In this document: positions 25,601-29,836 of the stretch, piece by piece
Position numbering within the stretch: position 1 is the stretch's first letter
How the letters are laid out: every line of letters begins with the position of its first letter
Source: Paramecium tetraurelia
Lineage: Eukaryota
Direction of reading: 5' to 3'
DNA: 29,836 nucleotides
Assembly (NCBI GenBank): GCA_000165425.1
Contig: CT868053.1
Coordinates: forward strand, 186,001 to 215,836
Translations under genes and position numbers: made by a program
Notes under the pieces: generated by a model
Told to the model about the DNA's origin: nothing
Databases searched by the model: none
Seen by the model: the letters and a program-made list of their open reading frames with translations, nothing else

Positions 25601-27263
25601 GTTAGGTAAAGTATGTAGAGATCAGAAATGCGAGGATCTAGCTGCATCAATCAACACTCACAAATAATGCAGTGATTTCGATAAGACTTGTACAACCACA
25701 GGTGCTGGTTGCATCACTATGACAACTTGTTCAGGATATAAAACTGAATCAATTTGTAAGAGCGCCTCATATGTAAAGGATGCTAAGACTTCAGAATTGG
25801 GTAGATGTGGATGGGAAAACAATAAATGCAGAGAAAGAGCTTGTTAAGATTTAAGTGCAACTACTGATGCTGAATGTGATGCACATTTGAGTGGTTGTAA
25901 GACAAACGGCACAGTCTGTGTTTCAGCACAAACTTGCGGCGACTTCAAGACCAAATAATACTGTCTCTCATCAAAGACTGGACCTTGTCTCTGGGTTGAA
26001 ACAAACTCAACCTGCTATGATTATGATAGATGCGAGGATGCTCTCTTTAAAACTCACGAAGGTTGTTAAGCCTTCTCTCCTCTTTGTACTACCAATGGAG
26101 AAATCTGCATACCCATTACATCTTGTGAGAAAACTGTCTTAAAGGCATCTTGTAATAAGGGAACTGATGGTGATTGTGGATATTTACCAACTGAAAAATG
26201 CAAGAAATTCGATAAATGTTCAGATGCAGTCTCAAGTGATTAAAATACATGCTTAGCATATGGTGGTTGTATCACAGATGGAGCTACATGTGTGGCTAAG
26301 GGTAAATGCAATGAATACAAAACAGAAATTGCATGCAAAAACAATCTTGGTACAGATGGAATTTGCTTCTGGAATGGCTCAGCATGTAAGTTGAAGGAAT
26401 GTTCAGATCTTACTGGAACAACCCATGAAAGTTGTAAATCTCAAGTTGTCAGTAGTGGTTCCTGCACCACTGATGGAACTAAATGTATCCCTCTAGGACT
26501 CTGCTCAAGTTACCTCGAACCTGGATGCTTCACAGGAACAGATGGAACATGCATCTACTCCTATCCAGTTGGTTAAACTACAGGAACCAAAGCATGTAGA
26601 TTAAAGTAATGTGAAGACATTGATAAAGGAATCAATAATTCAGCTTGTACTAATGTTATTTCTGGTAAAGAATGTGTTTCTAACACAAAGATCTGCATAC
26701 CTAAAGCAGCTTGCTCAACCTACAAAACTTTAGAAGCATGTAATGGAGGAGGAATAGATGGTACTAATAAGGTTGTTTGTGCATTCACACCCAATTCAGC
26801 TACTGATAAACTTAACGGAACTTGCAAGAACTTCACACAATGCTCCGATGCAAATTCTGACTCTATTGCTTGTGGAACTAACAAGAGTTGCAAATGGAAT
26901 TAATCTGGAACAACCACATCTTGTGTATCCCACGCCTGTGACACCTTTGCTACAGGTACAGATTGCCAACCAGTTCCTAGCTTTGATGCTAAAAGCTTCA
27001 CTGTCTGCACTGTACAAAACGGCAAGTGTGCACCTGGAGATCCAGGAACCATGACAGATCCAAAGATATGCTACACTAAATCTGCATATACTTACACATG
27101 GAATTCAGCAACCAGCAAGTGCGAGAAATGTTTAGCTGGATCTACATAACCAAACAACTCAAATAATAATTCTAGTAATGGTAACACTACTAATCCCAAT
27201 ACTGATGATTTTGGCATGATTCTACCTATCATTACTTTGGGTCTTTTTGGAATTATGGTCTGA
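19650..27263 (+). CDS. Paramecium surface (immobilization) antigen family protein, GPI-anchored, ~2530 aa; frameshifted in this sequence
   Basis: Signal peptide MKLTLILCLIALVCS. Cys/Thr/Ala/Gly-rich periodic repeats (TDDECKDYQKGCITTGKGC, YIGSDGVC, CTTDGTKC). C-terminal N/S-rich spacer plus hydrophobic tail FGMILPIITLGLFGIMV*, GPI-signal-like. ATG and TGA are in the same frame, but 21397-~22431 reads correctly only in +1 and ~22433-22617 is garbled. No introns seen; serotype not assignable by eye. Confidence 0.9.
20110..26760 (+). repeat. Cysteine-periodic surface-antigen repeats (~70 aa, 8 Cys), with a divergent central block
   Basis: Recurrent TDDxCxxYQKxCxTxGxxC units near 20380, 20583 and 20793 (~200-210 nt spacing), recurring again from ~24640 onward. 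Boundaries approximate. Confidence 0.75.
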
Positions 27264-27923
27264 TTATGATTTTATTATATATAGGGAAAATTTAAACAAA
27301 TATTCAAAAATTCTTTATTATTCTATTTATATAACTATTTTATGAATTAAAATAGAACATTATTCTTACTATTCTTAAGAACACTTAATTATAGAAACAA
27401 TGAAAAAAGTTACTTGAACAATTATTGGTTAAATCTCAAAAGAACTCGAAAATAAAATTTAGAGTATTTAAAGAATTATAATATATTAACAATTTACATA
27501 AAAATATTTGTTTTAAATTAGAAAAAATTGAAATCAAAAATCAAATAAGAAGGAATTAATTACAAAATGTTTCACACTAAAATTATTGTGTAACTTAGAA
27601 ATCTCATTCTGCATTTATTGTGAATAATTATAAACTCACCTAATTGTTTCAAATTATTAAGATACTCTAAAAATATTATAAATATCTTAAGCCTTTAAGC
27701 AAATACTCAAAGAAACCCAAAGTTATTTACAGAAAGTAATATCCAATAATAATTGCCTATAAGATAAAGAAACAAGAGAAATTGAGAAGACTGCATAGAT
27801 AATAAAATACCTGATTTTGTTAAAATTCACTTAATAGAAGATATAATCGCTTTTTTGAAATCCTTTTCTTATTTACACCAAAATTATCGGGAGAATTTAA
27901 ACAAGTTAAAAAATAGATAGCTA

Positions 27924-28113
27924 NNNNNNNNNNNNNNNNNNNNNNNNNNNNNNNNNNNNNNNNNNNNNNNNNNNNNNNNNNNNNNNNNNNNNNNNNNNNN
28001 NNNNNNNNNNNNNNNNNNNNNNNNNNNNNNNNNNNNNNNNNNNNNNNNNNNNNNNNNNNNNNNNNNNNNNNNNNNNNNNNNNNNNNNNNNNNNNNNNNNN
28101 NNNNNNNNNNNNN
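27924..28113. other. Assembly gap (190 N)
   Basis: Run of N from 27924 to 28113. Confidence 1.
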
Positions 28114-28851
28114 AATTATATTTATGATAGTTTCTTTTTTTTATGATTGGATGATTATTTTCATTTATTTTTATCTTTTTGGATGTTCAGATTTTGAGAA
28201 ACTTATGAATATAATATAAAAATTAGCTCTTAAGCACTTTATCTGAATAATAAATCTCCTTACGATTTTTTTTTTGATATAATCCATAGAATACTTTTGA
28301 CCACATTTATTTAACTTATTTATATCAAAGTTAGGTACACTTTTATTAAAATCTTAGAGGGTTTAATGAAATCAAAAGAAATCCTTTATTATTTTATCAT
28401 TTTTAATGGAAGAGCAAATTTTGGTAATTTTTTTTAATAAAAAAGTTAATGGATTCATTTAATCTCTTATGCTTAGCCTTTGAAACAGCACAGCTAAATT
28501 GATTTAATAGACCATTCATTTAATTTCCTTCTTTGCTAATGCATAATTATTCAAAGAATTACATGAGAAACGGATAAGAGTTCTACAAATAGCTTATTTA
28601 TTTAATCAAATGTATTCATCTTATTTTTAATAATTAAAGGTTTTAACATGATAACTTCTTATATATTAATCTAAAAAAAAGGGGCGTATTAATAGAACTG
28701 TAATTAAATGGTGTAAAGAGATTTTGATAGGCAAATTTAATTTACAATTTATATTATTAATTACTAATTTTTTCTTTACCCAGTTTTCTAAGAAAACCGA
28801 GAAAATCGTTGTTTGTACCCTACATTATTTATTTAAGCTAATTTATTTTAA

Positions 28852-29836
28852 TCAATGGTGGATACGGAAAATAAGGTATAATATTATTTCTTTCTAGCGT
28901 AACTATTAATAATTAAAATAATAGATATTGTATATTAAAATCAATGTATTTTAATTTAGAATTACAATAATAATAATTAAAATTTGAATGTTGATATATA
29001 TTTCACTATGAACGCGCCTCTTTGGAATAATAAGGTTCATACTTGTTTGGCAGGAGAGTATGAATATATCAGTGCGATATAAGAGTTTATAACACTGAGG
29101 GGATATCAATTTCTCATCGAAAGATTTTCTCGCTATTCCTTCATGTTTTGTAATTTGCACAATATCTACTATTCTTTTAAATTGCTCAAGGGAGGCCGTT
29201 AGTATTTTATAAAATCTAGTACTACATTTATTATCTGTTACTGCTCTTTTGGGTTAAATACCATCTCCATTCTCTGCATAGGGTTGGGTGTAAGAAATAT
29301 TTCCATACCTGGCGTATCGTAGATAATATAGGATATGCCTATGGGGTTCAATATATAGTTTGACCAGTCCCTCTATTTTATTGATTTCACATATTCCCAT
29401 GTTAGTTTCATAAAAATTTTTAATAGTTCTTACTTCCTGTATTGGCTTAACAAACCTAGTCAACCCCTGAGGAAATGCAATCTTCGATAAACGCGATGTA
29501 TTCTTCCATCTTTCCAAGTACTTAAAGAGTTGGGCTTAGGACTTTCTTAATATGTTCTACCTCCTTTATCAATGTATACAAAATCAGCTTTGCTGCGTAA
29601 TATCGTAGCTGACAGGTATGGGTCTATCCTCATCTTTCTCATCATGTCCTTACTCTTTACTGATTCTTGGTCCGACATTCTCCCCTCCTATATAATTTAT
29701 ATCTTAGTTTTTTTTTATTTATTCTAGTTTCTTAATTATTAGCTATAGACAGAATTTTCTCGAATCTTTTTCTTTTCGTATTGTTGGTCAGTAACATTTG
29801 TAGTGGTATTAGCAATGCTTATATATATCAATGTCA
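28852..29836 (-). pseudogene. Partial, stop-interrupted minus-strand coding-like sequence entering from beyond the right edge (pseudogene or element-derived)
   Basis: One table-6 frame is open from 29834 (...QIIQEGRMSDQESVKSKDMMRKMRIDPYLS...), with TGA at 29462-29460, 29108-29106 and 29039-29037 and protein-like text between them (LLKIFMKLTWEYVKSIKQRDWSNYILNP). A second frame is open from ~29569 to ~28852. Visibly GC-richer than the flanks. No family recognised. Confidence 0.45.

Noticed and set aside
14562..26760. Periodic repeats as a CRISPR array or mobile element
   Set aside because: The repeats are degenerate at the DNA level, conserved at the protein level and in frame within eukaryotic surface-protein genes.
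1080..27054. The short ORFs in the supplied track as independent genes
   Set aside because: Nearly all are fragments of table-6 genes cut at TAA/TAG, or off-frame and antisense shadows of them (e.g. 3076-3282, 7701-7889, 20882-21232, 26796-27017). The exception, 11342-11551, is AT-rich with no coding support.
27400..27815. Plus-strand open stretch after the antigen as an intact gene
   Set aside because: ATG 27400 stops after five codons, the longer frame has no in-frame start that I could find, and no homology is recognisable.
29248..29290. TTTGGGTT and GGGTTGGGTG resembling telomeric repeats
   Set aside because: Isolated partial units, not tandem T2G4/T3G3 arrays.
29676..29690. Shine-Dalgarno-like AGGAGG just upstream of a minus-strand ATG (bacterial insert?)
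   Set aside because: The frame is already open upstream to the window edge with TAA/TAG as Gln (QIIQEGRM), so the motif is probably just coding sequence.
1..29836. tRNA, rRNA or other structured RNA genes
   Set aside because: No cloverleaf, T-loop/B-box or rRNA-like GC-rich segment seen by eye; tRNAscan-SE and Infernal would be needed to exclude small RNAs.

Overview
This is very AT-rich ciliate nuclear DNA, almost certainly Paramecium macronuclear (somatic) sequence. TAA/TAG read as Gln (translation table 6), only TGA terminates, and introns are 19-25 nt GT..AG. The supplied ORF track stops at TAA/TAG and so breaks up the real genes. Read by hand in table 6, the window holds six genes: an intronless ABCC/MRP-type ABC transporter (15-4112, +); a ~225-aa coiled-coil gene (4560-5237, -); a Rad5/HLTF-like SNF2 helicase with RING finger (5643-9349, +, 3 introns); a Q/N/K-rich hypothetical gene (9511-10860, +, 3 introns); a ~2040-aa Cys-rich multipass surface protein with eight CGD..E.CDD repeats (12063-18257, +, 3 introns); and a ~2530-aa GPI-anchored surface antigen (19650-27263, +) interrupted by apparent single-base insertions. 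After these come degenerate DNA, a 190-N gap and a stop-interrupted, compositionally atypical minus-strand ORF running off the right edge. I found no RNA genes, CRISPR, telomeric repeats or recognisable transposase, and I cannot support a wholly new biological system. The best leads are the frameshifted surface antigen, the right-edge ORF and the altered helicase motifs. All translations were done by hand and no database searches were run.
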